The notes under the pieces are model-generated. The model had not been told where the DNA came from. It saw only the letters and a program-made list of their open reading frames with translations, and made no database searches. The position numbers and the translations under genes were made by a program. This document shows, in pieces, positions 36,953-46,927 of a DNA stretch of 64,000 nt; the first letter of the stretch is position 1, and each line of letters starts with the position of its first letter. The stretch is from Pseudomonas phage BRkr: the sequence record LC765218.1; one strand, given 5' to 3'.

Positions 36953-37546
36953 ATGAAAAAGCTTACTCTGGAAGCCCTCCGAGGCAAACTACATGCAATG
37001 GCTTTTCTGCGGGTCAACTATCATGGTTGGATCATTCAACGTAATCGTGCAGCTGGCTACGATTTGATTAATATCGTTTATGACGATACCACTATCCTGG
37101 TAGGTACAGACGATCCCAAGCGGATTGGTTCTTTCAACAAATGGATGTCGGGTGTAGAGAAAGGTTATCTCGAACCGGTTAATGCCACCATTCGAAAGAT
37201 GTATTTGTCTCCTGAAGCTTTAGTCATGAATGGTGATTCCGAGGGTATGGATCTGGATGATCACCTCGGTTTCATCGGAGACGTACTTGGTAAGAATATC
37301 CAGGTCATAAAAGATGCTCGTCGTGAAAACAGTTTTGGTCATTATGTTCTAAAAGATGACAAGCTGTGGTACGTACACTACATGCCAAGTATCTACAAAG
37401 TCAATACGGGTGAAATGTTGTTCACCTGTTTTGAAGGTGAATACAAAAGTATTCCAGAATATCCGCAAACTTACGCTCCGGTAAGAATGCAGTTCAAGGT
37501 CGAATATAACCTTTCTGGTCGAGTGGAGCATCATGATGGAGACTAA
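36953..37546 (+). CDS. hypothetical protein
   Basis: RBS TAAGGAA. Confidence 0.6.
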   Translation: MKKLTLEALRGKLHAMAFLRVNYHGWIIQRNRAAGYDLINIVYDDTTILVGTDDPKRIGSFNKWMSGVEKGYLEPVNATIRKMYLSPEALVMNGDSEGMDLDDHLGFIGDVLGKNIQVIKDARRENSFGHYVLKDDKLWYVHYMPSIYKVNTGEMLFTCFEGEYKSIPEYPQTYAPVRMQFKVEYNLSGRVEHHDGD

Positions 37547-38042
37547 AAAATCGACAAAGACACGTCGTCAAATCGCTGCATTTAAAAGAGCATTCGAATC
37601 ATGGATGGTGACGATTCGTAAGTTTCATTCTTACTCTGGTAAAGGTACACCAGATGTCAGTGTGATGACCGATCTCCTTCATTGCCATAGGAATCTTCTA
37701 TGTGTAGCGAAAGAAAACGGTATCTACATGGACGTGATGGGAGTAGATCCTGCTAACCACACTGTCTATGAACATGCGAGTTGGTTGCTTTCGTATTCCT
37801 ATTGGGACACGATCGTACATCTGAACTTTCAACTACCAAAGAACAAGTTTAAAATCTGGTCAGAACATCCCGTTAGCGAGAGACGTGCTTTCGGGAAAGC
37901 ACTTAATGTTCTTGCACTGGCTTTCAAACATTACGATGAACACAAAGAACTCCTCCGTGAGTTTAGGGATATTGAAAATGGCAAAAACGCAAAAGCAGAA
38001 AGCGCTGGAAGCAGCAACCCGGAAGCTGATCAAGTTCTATAG
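37533..38042 (+). CDS. hypothetical protein
   Basis: RBS GGAG; overlaps previous gene by 14 nt. Confidence 0.5.
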   Translation: MMETKKSTKTRRQIAAFKRAFESWMVTIRKFHSYSGKGTPDVSVMTDLLHCHRNLLCVAKENGIYMDVMGVDPANHTVYEHASWLLSYSYWDTIVHLNFQLPKNKFKIWSEHPVSERRAFGKALNVLALAFKHYDEHKELLREFRDIENGKNAKAESAGSSNPEADQVL

Positions 38043-38424
38043 TGATACGTTTCCGATGTTGATCGTAGCTATCGAAATGTGCGAGGGTGATGGTTCCGAC
38101 CATCGCCTTCGTGCGGTATTCGATGCCTATAAAAAGACCTGTAAGATGGCAGAAGAGGCAGGAGTTGATCTTAGCCTCTATGGGGTCAAGCTAACTGACG
38201 TTGATACATTCACTAGTTTCCGCTGGTTCATCGAAGGTGACTATATTTGGGACATGATCAAGAAGCTCAATAAGGCGAAATATGATCAGGTTTCAGATCT
38301 TCCTCGCCTGACCGAATGGAGTGAGTTAGACGGCCATCAAAAACTTCAGTTCGCTCAAGGTCGTAATTACATCATCGATCGGCTTAAAGAAAAAGCCACT
38401 TGCGACCGATTCAAAAACTATTAA
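37978..38424 (+). CDS. hypothetical protein (N-terminus MAKTQKQKALEAA)
   Basis: RBS AGGGA; overlaps previous ORF by 65 nt. Confidence 0.5.
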   Translation: MAKTQKQKALEAATRKLIKFYSDTFPMLIVAIEMCEGDGSDHRLRAVFDAYKKTCKMAEEAGVDLSLYGVKLTDVDTFTSFRWFIEGDYIWDMIKKLNKAKYDQVSDLPRLTEWSELDGHQKLQFAQGRNYIIDRLKEKATCDRFKNY

Positions 38425-38437
38425 AAGGAGATTGAAA

Positions 38438-38953
38438 ATGACTAAGACTCTTCATGTCGTACGTGTCCGGGACGGTATCGTCGATAGCCTCAATAACGAG
38501 GGTTTGTGGATCGACAAACATGTAAACTGTCTTGAAGACAAATGGGAAGCTTACAAGCAGACCGTTCAGTTTCAAAACATGAACTGGGGTACTCTGTACT
38601 TCGTTAGCGAGGTCGATCCGAGCACTGGTGGTGACCTTACTCCTTATCGTTATCATGAGGTATGGATCTGTCAGCGAGGTGTTGTACAGAAGCTGGATCT
38701 GGTCGGTGATCTCGAAACTGGTATGATTGGTCCTGACCATGTCGTTGCGATTGTAACCACAAACGACGGTATAGAATATGGTTTCGTAAACAGTGTCTGG
38801 GGTGATCGTCTGGATCACAGCCATTACTACGGAGATGCTATTATGCTCCCGTGTGAAAATGCACAAGAGGCAGCAGCAGTAAATCGTATTCTGGAGAAAC
38901 TCTCGAATGGGATTACTCTGTCGGTTCCTCTTGTAATGAAACGGATTAAATAA
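38438..38953 (+). CDS. hypothetical protein
   Basis: ATG with RBS AAGGAG (track start is TTG). Confidence 0.55.
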   Translation: MTKTLHVVRVRDGIVDSLNNEGLWIDKHVNCLEDKWEAYKQTVQFQNMNWGTLYFVSEVDPSTGGDLTPYRYHEVWICQRGVVQKLDLVGDLETGMIGPDHVVAIVTTNDGIEYGFVNSVWGDRLDHSHYYGDAIMLPCENAQEAAAVNRILEKLSNGITLSVPLVMKRIK

Positions 38954-38966
38954 CGGAGTACTTCCC

Positions 38967-39326
38967 ATGGACTACAAATGGCACGGTAAGATCGTTGTAG
39001 AGATTCACGGTAGTGGTTGCAGCAATGGATCCGGTGTAAGTTATCTGGTACGGGAGGGTTCCAAAAAGCATGATCAACGAGACTATGCTATTATTTCCCG
39101 TATCGGATTCCAAGATACCTTGTTACTCGATGAGCATGAGGTCGAAGACTATCTGAATAACGTAGCTCCTTCGATCGCTCATGCCATTTGGGAGTCCGAA
39201 GGGCGGCCGAGTGATAATCGCATGAATATCCGTGCTCTACGTGTAGACATGGACAGTCTGTTCAATAGGTTCCAGATTTATTCTGGAAGTCCTATCGATA
39301 TGGACGATAGCTACAAGGCCGTGTAA
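38967..39326 (+). CDS. hypothetical protein
   Basis: RBS CGGAG. Confidence 0.55.
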   Translation: MDYKWHGKIVVEIHGSGCSNGSGVSYLVREGSKKHDQRDYAIISRIGFQDTLLLDEHEVEDYLNNVAPSIAHAIWESEGRPSDNRMNIRALRVDMDSLFNRFQIYSGSPIDMDDSYKAV

Positions 39327-39335
39327 GGCTCATAG

Positions 39336-39370
39336 ACGATGGATGTTGTAAAAGGCATCCATCGTATGAG
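39336..39370 (+). terminator. hairpin ACGATGGATG...CATCCATCGT
   Basis: 10 bp inverted repeat after the gene. Confidence 0.45.
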
Positions 39371-39390
39371 TTTATCAAGAGAAACGCATC

Positions 39391-39906
39391 ATGGACAAAC
39401 CAGAGCTGTTGTATCATGGCTCTCTCTACAAACAGAAGGAACTCATGCCAGGCTTTAAAAGGTCCGGTAAGTTAACAGTGTGGGATGGGGTTGAGTCTAA
39501 CCTAAATCTTTACGCTACCTCTGTCAAACGAGAAGCTGAACTACTTGGAATAGGTAGCGCTGTAGAAAAAGAGTTTAACTCTGATCGCTTCGTTGAGATC
39601 AATGGCGACATATGGATCTTCTCCGATCGATTAATCACACTTGAAGAATTCCTCAAGTTGACGATCTATGTTTACACTATTCCCTTCCGCGATTCAGATG
39701 GATGGCAGAAGAATAATAATCCGTATAACAACATTGATACTGAATGGACTACTCGGAAGACTATCCACAATGTCACAGTTGAAGAGGTAGACCTTCGTGA
39801 AGTTATGAAGGGTAAAGTTGTTACTTCGACTACTGCGCCCATGGATACAGATTTCAAGGTTCTTCTGCGTCGATATCCGAAAGACGTATTGATGTATAAA
39901 TTCTGA
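39391..39906 (+). CDS. hypothetical protein
   Basis: ATG after hairpin. Confidence 0.55.
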   Translation: MDKPELLYHGSLYKQKELMPGFKRSGKLTVWDGVESNLNLYATSVKREAELLGIGSAVEKEFNSDRFVEINGDIWIFSDRLITLEEFLKLTIYVYTIPFRDSDGWQKNNNPYNNIDTEWTTRKTIHNVTVEEVDLREVMKGKVVTSTTAPMDTDFKVLLRRYPKDVLMYKF

Positions 39907-39930
39907 GAGCTCTTCGGAGCTCTCTTTATT
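39906..39930 (+). terminator. hairpin GAGAGCTC-TTCG-GAGCTCTC + TTTATTT
   Basis: perfect stem. Confidence 0.65.
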
Positions 39931-39947
39931 TCCTCACGAGGTTTGAT

Positions 39948-40184
39948 ATGCTGACAGTTATCTTTAAGAGACATGACAAGCGTCATGAGCTCTGTATTGG
40001 CAATCCTGAAGATCTTATCGCTCTGTTGATTGTATTGCAGAATAGCGATGAGGTCAGTGAATATAAAGTTATTAACTCCGATTCAGGTGTAGTTAAAGAC
40101 TTTAAGATTTCTTTTGGTTGGGGTAATGAGTTCTTTAGTAAGAATGCTCCTGATGGTTTCACCTGGAGCAATAACCTTATCTAA
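39948..40184 (+). CDS. hypothetical small protein
   Basis: RBS CGAGGT. Confidence 0.5.
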   Translation: MLTVIFKRHDKRHELCIGNPEDLIALLIVLQNSDEVSEYKVINSDSGVVKDFKISFGWGNEFFSKNAPDGFTWSNNLI

Positions 40185-40225
40185 AAAAAGTTAAGGAATT
40201 TTATACTGGATCACCTTGATCTAAT

Positions 40226-40258
40226 GAGGGGGAGATTACCCCTCTTTATTCTTCTTTT
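40226..40258 (+). terminator. hairpin GAGGGG-GAGATTA-CCCCTC + T-rich tract
   Basis: stem plus TTTATTCTTCTTTT. Confidence 0.6.
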
Positions 40259-40426
40259 AATATACACTACCTTTAGGTACATCCGAAATGAGTATTAAAC
40301 TCCCAATACAATCCAGCATAATAGTTCCTCGGATAGCAGCTACCTCAAGAGTAGCTGTACCGAGTAAGAATACACTCCCCACCCCCGTTGTATGTAATTA
40401 CTTTAACCAAAAGAGGAAAATGCGAC

Positions 40427-41224
40427 ATGGCTAAATTCATTGGTATCTACGACCGTTTCGATATGGAGAAGGTCAAACAGGTTTTCAAGCTAACTGAACT
40501 TGACGATCTGGAAATCATTCCCTGTAATGGAGAGAACTTGCTGACTGGTGTAGTCGCTTACACTGGTGGTAACATCAGTCGTTATATGGAAGAGCAGCTT
40601 CATCAGGCTAAACTGATTCTGAATGGCCTCGGTATCTATTGCGAACACAATGAAGTCGACGTAGAAGATTCCAGCGCCACTAAGGTATACCTTGGACCGC
40701 ATGGTGATCTGTATCTGCTTTGTAAGAGCCATGTAGACTTCTTCGGAATGTCCCGTGAAGAAACCTGTTCACTGGGTATTGGTGATGGGTTCGCTCGTCC
40801 TGTTCAAATCCGTACCGACAACAACGAACACCTGTTCATTCGTGAGTTCTACTTCATGGGTGAACATAACGCACTGCGAAATGCGCGCCGCTATTTGCAG
40901 CACATCGTTCGCCGGAGTCGTCTCCTGAAAGAATCGGATATGGAGGAGATTTCTCGTCGAGCTGCTGGTAAGGTTACCATCATCGGAATTACTAGCCACG
41001 GTGTTGTCTACGATCTGGTTTCTCCGAAAGCGATCAAACAAATCCACAACATTCAATGGCGTCTGGATCCGATTGCTGAGCGTGTGGCTGGTTACACGAT
41101 CTATCAGGTTACCAGTAAATGCCGTGAACTTCCAGTAGCAACTAAATGGTCTCTGTTGGCTCTGGCTGATCGTGACTATCGTGATGCTATTAACCAATTC
41201 CTCCCGGAACAAGGTACCGAATAA
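40427..41224 (+). CDS. hypothetical protein
   Basis: ATG with RBS AAGAGGAAAA (track start is TTG). Confidence 0.6.
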   Translation: MAKFIGIYDRFDMEKVKQVFKLTELDDLEIIPCNGENLLTGVVAYTGGNISRYMEEQLHQAKLILNGLGIYCEHNEVDVEDSSATKVYLGPHGDLYLLCKSHVDFFGMSREETCSLGIGDGFARPVQIRTDNNEHLFIREFYFMGEHNALRNARRYLQHIVRRSRLLKESDMEEISRRAAGKVTIIGITSHGVVYDLVSPKAIKQIHNIQWRLDPIAERVAGYTIYQVTSKCRELPVATKWSLLALADRDYRDAINQFLPEQGTE

Positions 41225-41433
41225 TGTACTCTATCGCCTGGAATCAACTCGTTGACGATATTCTCAGTAAAGGCGTACTGCCTGTAACCATGAAAGCTAA
41301 AGCTGAGATGCCTACTCGGGCAAGACCACAGGTGATAACTGCATACGCGGACGGGATCTTCCCCGTCCGTGATATGTCGTGTCTTCCACATTCTCGTAAA
41401 TCGGTTTATTACAAACAAGGAAATGAAGTATGA
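41224..41433 (+). CDS. hypothetical small protein
   Basis: TAATG coupling. Confidence 0.45.
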   Translation: MYSIAWNQLVDDILSKGVLPVTMKAKAEMPTRARPQVITAYADGIFPVRDMSCLPHSRKSVYYKQGNEV

Positions 41434-41771
41434 ACGCTATCGAACAAGTAAACGCTGTTGAACATGATGAGTACGTCGATCTGGTTTTCCCGTACATGAT
41501 CGAAGATTTGGCTAACGCTGTCGATGGTGTTAACATCGCTGCATTGGAAGGTTTGGATTATCACATCGATAAGGCCCGCCAATACAAGGAAGAATGGGAG
41601 CAGGCTGGTCTGAGTTTCAACCGTGCCTCTCTGATCTACCTTCTCACCTTCATGCGTGTATTCATTCAGGATACCCCGAAGCACGAATCCTGTCAGTGGG
41701 TCATCAACAACTACAAGACTTATCTGCCGTTCTTGGAACGCGGTGAAGCCATCCATATTTTGGAGGAGTGA
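41430..41771 (+). CDS. hypothetical protein
   Basis: ATGA coupling; RBS AAGGAAA. Confidence 0.55.
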   Translation: MNAIEQVNAVEHDEYVDLVFPYMIEDLANAVDGVNIAALEGLDYHIDKARQYKEEWEQAGLSFNRASLIYLLTFMRVFIQDTPKHESCQWVINNYKTYLPFLERGEAIHILEE

Positions 41772-41773
41772 AT

Positions 41774-42334
41774 ATGAAAGGACAAATGCATTTCGCCCAG
41801 GCAGTTTTTGCCGATCAGGTTGTTTTCTTCGGTCGTAAGGATTGCGGTTTCAATACCCATGTCGTTCGCTTCCATGAAAATAACGACAACACTTACCATC
41901 CCCCGCAGGAAGAACGCAAACAGAAAATCAAGTGTATCATCATTGGTGGTGAAGATACTCTGGTTCGTCGTATTCGTGATCTGCTTTGGGATGATGATGT
42001 TGGCCGGTTTTACGATAGCTTTACTTCCGGCCATCTGAGTGAGATCCGCGCGTTGATCCAAGAAACCCATCACGATAACGGCGCTCAAGGTAACTGTCTG
42101 TTCATTAATGAACATCATCACGTTTATGATGTGTTCTGCGGTTATACCTATAATACTTCGATTCCGTTGACGCAGTGGTATCCGGACACTGCTATTGCGA
42201 AATCGTTGTATCATGGGATGGAAACCGGAGAATTGAAGACCGTCAAACTGTCGGGCTATGTGCTTGCAATGGAGCGTGTCGGTTTGCTCGCTGCGTGCGG
42301 GTATGATCGTTGGCGTGTAATTGACTTTGAGTGA
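41774..42334 (+). CDS. hypothetical protein
   Basis: ATG with RBS GGAGGAG (track start is GTG). Confidence 0.55.
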   Translation: MKGQMHFAQAVFADQVVFFGRKDCGFNTHVVRFHENNDNTYHPPQEERKQKIKCIIIGGEDTLVRRIRDLLWDDDVGRFYDSFTSGHLSEIRALIQETHHDNGAQGNCLFINEHHHVYDVFCGYTYNTSIPLTQWYPDTAIAKSLYHGMETGELKTVKLSGYVLAMERVGLLAACGYDRWRVIDFE

Positions 42335-42339
42335 ATGAA

Positions 42340-42543
42340 ATGACTTATCGTGTTACTGTTCGTGCTAGTGAACGAATTGAAGCTTCAGCCTTGAAAGGGC
42401 GGACTTCTTATCTCTGTGCAGAAAAGGATGAACCCCTAACTCTGCTCGGTCAGATTCCTGGGACTGATCAATTTGTGGTCAGTGTTCAGGATCGTGCACG
42501 TCCTCTGGTATTCAAAGCCAGGGAACATGAACTGAAGTTCTAG
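42340..42543 (+). CDS. hypothetical small protein
   Basis: first ATG in ORF (track start is GTG). Confidence 0.4.
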   Translation: MTYRVTVRASERIEASALKGRTSYLCAEKDEPLTLLGQIPGTDQFVVSVQDRARPLVFKAREHELKF

Positions 42544-42550
42544 AAAAAGT

Positions 42551-42580
42551 AGACCTCTATTCTAACCGTTTAGAGGTCTA
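42551..42580 (+). terminator. hairpin AGACCTCTA...TAGAGGTCT overlapping a promoter motif
   Basis: 9 bp inverted repeat. Confidence 0.45.
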
Positions 42581-42586
42581 TATTAC
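42578..42586 (+). promoter_or_regulatory. CTATATTAC motif about 37 nt upstream of ATG 42623
   Basis: recurrent motif. Confidence 0.45.
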
Positions 42587-42622
42587 TTTTATGCCGTTAA
42601 GCTTAACCAAAAGGAAAATGCA

Positions 42623-43450
42623 ATGAACTTCAATGAAAGTGTCACAGCTGTCATGAACATTTACGTTGATGATCGTGAAAATAAATATGCGAAATATGTA
42701 GCGCGAGCTGCGCGTGAGGAAATTAAGTCATTCAATCTGAGTGAACTCACCAAGAACCATCGGATGCGTATTTCCGATAACGTGGAACCACATCTTCTTC
42801 GTTTTCATTTGCCGGGAGAACAAACGCAAAAGCTTTACCCGTATCATCAACTGATGCGTCGTCTGGCATATATCGAAGATTTCACCCTTAATGGCGACGT
42901 TAAGGTGGATGTAAAAATCGCACGTAATGTGTATCGTCCACCACACGTCGTAAACTTCACTGAAGGATTCTGGTTCGGTCCTGAAGTTCAGTCGTACAAA
43001 ATTTACAAGAATGCCCGAGGGAGAAAGGCTGAGTTCCGTCCCGGTTACGACGATTTGATCGAAGAAATCTATGTCGTCGGTGAAGGATCCTGGGCACAGA
43101 AATGTGCAGGTGAGCTTCGTCGTATTTCCCGTGAAGGTGGTAAAGAATACCGGTTCCCTATTGAGAAAATTAAAAAGCAGCAATGGCGTTATAAGTTCCT
43201 CCGCGGACAATGCTTTATCATCTTCAAGTGTTATACTGGTCTATTCATTGTGACCTATGAGCAACCTTTGTATCAACGTCACATTGGCGATGAAGAAAGG
43301 AAGAACCACGGTTACATGATCGGTGGGGAATATATTCCCGCACTCACTGAAAACATGCTTTCGATGGCCAACCATGAGATTATCGAGAAGCATCCGATCC
43401 AAAATACATACACTCGTGGAAACTTCAGCTACGTGAGGGAAAAGAAATGA
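42623..43450 (+). CDS. hypothetical protein, translationally coupled to the downstream AAA ATPase
   Basis: RBS AAAGGAAAA; ATGA overlap with 43447. Confidence 0.6.
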   Translation: MNFNESVTAVMNIYVDDRENKYAKYVARAAREEIKSFNLSELTKNHRMRISDNVEPHLLRFHLPGEQTQKLYPYHQLMRRLAYIEDFTLNGDVKVDVKIARNVYRPPHVVNFTEGFWFGPEVQSYKIYKNARGRKAEFRPGYDDLIEEIYVVGEGSWAQKCAGELRRISREGGKEYRFPIEKIKKQQWRYKFLRGQCFIIFKCYTGLFIVTYEQPLYQRHIGDEERKNHGYMIGGEYIPALTENMLSMANHEIIEKHPIQNTYTRGNFSYVREKK

Positions 43451-44961
43451 TTCAGGAGTTTATGTCCTGGTACAAAGAGATCATGTCGATCAATCCGACA
43501 TTCGCATCTTTAGTCGGTGTTGGTTTGGGTGGCTGGGTGCTTATGATGGCGCGAAGTTTACCTAAGAAAATGTTCAACGCAATTCGGAATCAGGTTGTCA
43601 CATCCCTGATAATGAACAATGGTGGACATGGCCCTAATGAAGAACAGTGTATCGCCTTCATGAAGTGGTTCAAACAACAACCTATTGCCAGGTTCAGTCG
43701 GAAGCTATCGTTGAACTCTATGTGGAATGGTAGTCCCTCTCCTAGCACTGATATCGGTGCTGGTTTTGGTACCCATTTCTTCTTCTACAAAGGGCGCTTC
43801 TTCTGGTTCAATCGCTCTAAGCTGGATAGCTCTGGTACTCATATGGAAAAATTCCAGATTGAGATCCACGGCTTGACTAGGAACACTCAACTACTGTTAG
43901 ATCTTGTAGAGGAATTCCGTGTTAAGGGAGATGATAAAGAAGTCTGCGTCATTCCATGGGAAGGCTTGCGTTGGGGTGATTCTATCCCGATTACTAAACG
44001 CGCGCTGAACACAGTTATCATGAACCGCAAACAAAAAGCGGAGATCATTGGTAAGATTGAAGAGTTCTTCTCTGGACGGGAGTGGTATGAGTCCCGTGGC
44101 ATGCCGTACAAAATGTGCGCTATGCTTTCAGGTCCCCCTGGCACTGGTAAGACATCTATCGGTAAGGCAATCGCTTCGGCGTTTAATAAGAATATTTATT
44201 GGTTGTCTTTAGCCAGTATCTCAGATGAACTGCTTCGTAAAGCTGTTACGTCTATGCCTTCTGGTAGTGTTCTGATGATCGAGGACTTCGATACCAATAA
44301 GGCAGTCCAGAATCGTTCGCTTAAGAAACTGACAGCTGGCGAGGAAGATGAGTTGGATAGCCTTATCACTCAGATGGGGTTGACTAACTATCGAGTGATA
44401 GATAATGGCGGCGGACCCATGTGTATATGGGATATACCCGGTGAAGATTTCAGTGTTGGGTATCAGCAACACAACCCAACTGAATCGCGTCAATACCGAG
44501 ATGTCATTGGAAACAGCTTTGATGCACCGGTGCCGGAAGAACCCCTTTCTAAATACATTGCCGATGACCCAATTATGCTTCGCATATGGGAACTTCATAA
44601 CCGTCGTGCGAATGGAGGTGAAGAAGATACTCGCATGGGTGGCCTAACACTCTCTGGCCTGTTGAATGCCCTTGATGGGGTTGTTCCGTTGGATGGATCG
44701 CTGATTCTTCTAACTACCAACCATCCAGAGCACCTTGATCCAGCATTGGTTCGTAAGGGCCGTGTTGATCATCAATGGGAGATCGGTCTGCTGGAGGATG
44801 CAGAAGTTCGTGATTATATCGAGCTGATGTTCCCGTCTACTCAAGTGGATAAAGGCATTGTGTTCCGTTCAATTGCCGGTTGTGATCTGCAAGCTCTGTT
44901 TGCAGAAAACCGCAATGACGTTAAAGCCTTCATCGAGTCTATCCCGAAAGATATCGTTTGA
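43447..44961 (+). CDS. BCS1-like AAA+ ATPase with N-terminal membrane anchor
   Basis: Walker A LSGPPGTGKTS, Walker B VLMIEDFD, TLSGLLNALDGVV...LILLTTNHPEHLDPALVRKGRVD matches BCS1 family; N-terminal TM; about 115 aa insertion after Walker B. Confidence 0.8.
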   Translation: MIQEFMSWYKEIMSINPTFASLVGVGLGGWVLMMARSLPKKMFNAIRNQVVTSLIMNNGGHGPNEEQCIAFMKWFKQQPIARFSRKLSLNSMWNGSPSPSTDIGAGFGTHFFFYKGRFFWFNRSKLDSSGTHMEKFQIEIHGLTRNTQLLLDLVEEFRVKGDDKEVCVIPWEGLRWGDSIPITKRALNTVIMNRKQKAEIIGKIEEFFSGREWYESRGMPYKMCAMLSGPPGTGKTSIGKAIASAFNKNIYWLSLASISDELLRKAVTSMPSGSVLMIEDFDTNKAVQNRSLKKLTAGEEDELDSLITQMGLTNYRVIDNGGGPMCIWDIPGEDFSVGYQQHNPTESRQYRDVIGNSFDAPVPEEPLSKYIADDPIMLRIWELHNRRANGGEEDTRMGGLTLSGLLNALDGVVPLDGSLILLTTNHPEHLDPALVRKGRVDHQWEIGLLEDAEVRDYIELMFPSTQVDKGIVFRSIAGCDLQALFAENRNDVKAFIESIPKDIV

Positions 44962-45036
44962 CGATATATTGCGGTGGGGAAAACCCACCGCTTTTCTCAA
45001 TTAAATAGAAAATACAAATTCTAAGAGGAGTACCTG

Positions 45037-45726
45037 ATGTACACTAATGATTCCAAGACCGCAGCGTACGAGAATACTCGCCACCTGATCATGAAATACA
45101 TGGCCGACTTCACCAATACCTCAACCCCACCTAAAGTTAAAAAGGGTTGGTATGCTTTGGTCACCCGCGATACTGGGGACGTATGGCTTGCGGAGTCTCC
45201 GTCATTTTCTGCTGTAATGCAACGCTTCCGTTCTGGAAGTATGGCAAACATGCCGGTTGCTATTGATGAAGCAGTAAAGGCTGGTCAAAAACTGGATCTT
45301 TGGTTCTGTACTAAACCGGAGATCAATGTGGAACAACTGCGAGAAGAGTTGGATCAAAGGGATCAACTTCTGCAACGAACTGCGCCACGTAAATCTTCCA
45401 ATGGTAGGGTGTTCGTCATCCGCCATGATAAGTCGGCGGATTATTTCCTGACGAAAACCCGTAATAATAATACCACGGAATATGAAGTACTGACCAAGTT
45501 CATGTACTACATTGGTAAGATCGAACACTCTCACCATTTCCGTTCGAACAAGCTTCTTCAGAGCTTCGTTACTGAACAAGCTGAAGATATCCTGAAATGT
45601 CGGGGTTTCACTATCACCGAGGTAGCTGAGTTCAAGTCGATTGATGAAGCAATCGAGATCATGGAAAACTTCACCATCGATTCCCCTATGGGTCGATGCT
45701 TGAATCAAAGCTTCACTCGTCATTAA
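45037..45726 (+). CDS. hypothetical protein
   Basis: RBS AAGAGGAG. Confidence 0.6.
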   Translation: MYTNDSKTAAYENTRHLIMKYMADFTNTSTPPKVKKGWYALVTRDTGDVWLAESPSFSAVMQRFRSGSMANMPVAIDEAVKAGQKLDLWFCTKPEINVEQLREELDQRDQLLQRTAPRKSSNGRVFVIRHDKSADYFLTKTRNNNTTEYEVLTKFMYYIGKIEHSHHFRSNKLLQSFVTEQAEDILKCRGFTITEVAEFKSIDEAIEIMENFTIDSPMGRCLNQSFTRH

Positions 45727-45734
45727 AATGTACT

Positions 45735-45770
45735 GAGGCTACATAATCTAGTGAGTGCTTATGTAGCCTC
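45735..45770 (+). terminator. long hairpin GAGGCTACAT...ATGTAGCCTC
   Basis: 10 bp+ inverted repeat after the gene. Confidence 0.5.
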
Positions 45771-45803
45771 TAATCTCTTTTAAGAATTAATAGGAATAGC
45801 TCC

Positions 45804-46505
45804 ATGTCGACAAAGATCATCAATCTTCCCTTCGTACAACTGGTCCTGAAACGCATCAGTGATTATACGTTGAATCATCAGTCTGGTTTGGATGATGTAC
45901 CGCATCTGTGCGTAAAGGTAAAACATAACAACGGTTATGCCTGGTTTGGCGTTAACATTCTCAACCACGAAACTCGGGCATGGTCCAGTTTCGAGGTCGA
46001 TGAAATGAAAGCTCGTTTCCTCGAAGCAATCAACAAACTGTGCGATGTAATCGAGATCGTTACAGATGTATCACGACTGATGGAATCTATCCAAGATGTT
46101 GTAACTGGTCGTAAGCGTCCCACCTTCTTTGGTGGTCATGGAAACGACATGATCCAAATGCACACGATCAATAACGTGCAGTTGGATGTATATCGCGAAG
46201 ACATCAATTCAGACACCATGTCTTACGGAGGCTTTGCAGCTGAAGTTCGAATCAATGGTCAGGACTATCCTCTGTTCCTGTATCATCGTGGCGTTATTCT
46301 CTATCACTACATCAATGAGGTAGATGCCAAACGACTGATCGTAGATTCGTTGACCAACAACTTTGGTGAATTGTTTGAGAATTATGAAGTTGATGAACAA
46401 CATGTAAATGTATTCCGTGTAGTTGAACGCACGCGGAATAAAAATCGTAATGAGGCGGACAGTAGAACCATCCGTTCTCTGACCGATAGCCGACGGAGCG
46501 CATAA
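45804..46505 (+). CDS. hypothetical protein
   Basis: RBS TAGGAATAG. Confidence 0.6.
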   Translation: MSTKIINLPFVQLVLKRISDYTLNHQSGLDDVPHLCVKVKHNNGYAWFGVNILNHETRAWSSFEVDEMKARFLEAINKLCDVIEIVTDVSRLMESIQDVVTGRKRPTFFGGHGNDMIQMHTINNVQLDVYREDINSDTMSYGGFAAEVRINGQDYPLFLYHRGVILYHYINEVDAKRLIVDSLTNNFGELFENYEVDEQHVNVFRVVERTRNKNRNEADSRTIRSLTDSRRSA

Positions 46506-46927
46506 TGGCTTCTCAACTCATTGTTGTCGATCTCACTAAAGGTGGGCAAAAAGTCGACTTCAGTGAGTTGACTAGAGAGCCCACTGATAGTCTAATGTTC
46601 TATGTTGGAGAGGAACATGAGGCGGCCCATCTACATCAATTCTCCTATAACCCAGAATTCAGTAACTGGCAGAAACTAGAGTTCTGTATTTTCTGGGATC
46701 GTCAACATCGTCCTACAGCGGAAGATCCTCGTGTTGAAACTGACACTGAGTTATACATCCGTAAATTATGTAGACAATACGAAGTTGCCATCGATGGGTA
46801 CATGTTAGGTGTTAAGCACTTTGGACAACGTACTATCGTTGAGTTCAAAATGAAGGAAGAGATAGCTACTCCTCTAACTTTAGATTGGACAAAGGTCGAA
46901 CCTCCACCTAGGGAGGTAATCGTTTAG
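46505..46927 (+). CDS. hypothetical protein
   Basis: TAATG coupling. Confidence 0.55.
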   Translation: MASQLIVVDLTKGGQKVDFSELTREPTDSLMFYVGEEHEAAHLHQFSYNPEFSNWQKLEFCIFWDRQHRPTAEDPRVETDTELYIRKLCRQYEVAIDGYMLGVKHFGQRTIVEFKMKEEIATPLTLDWTKVEPPPREVIV

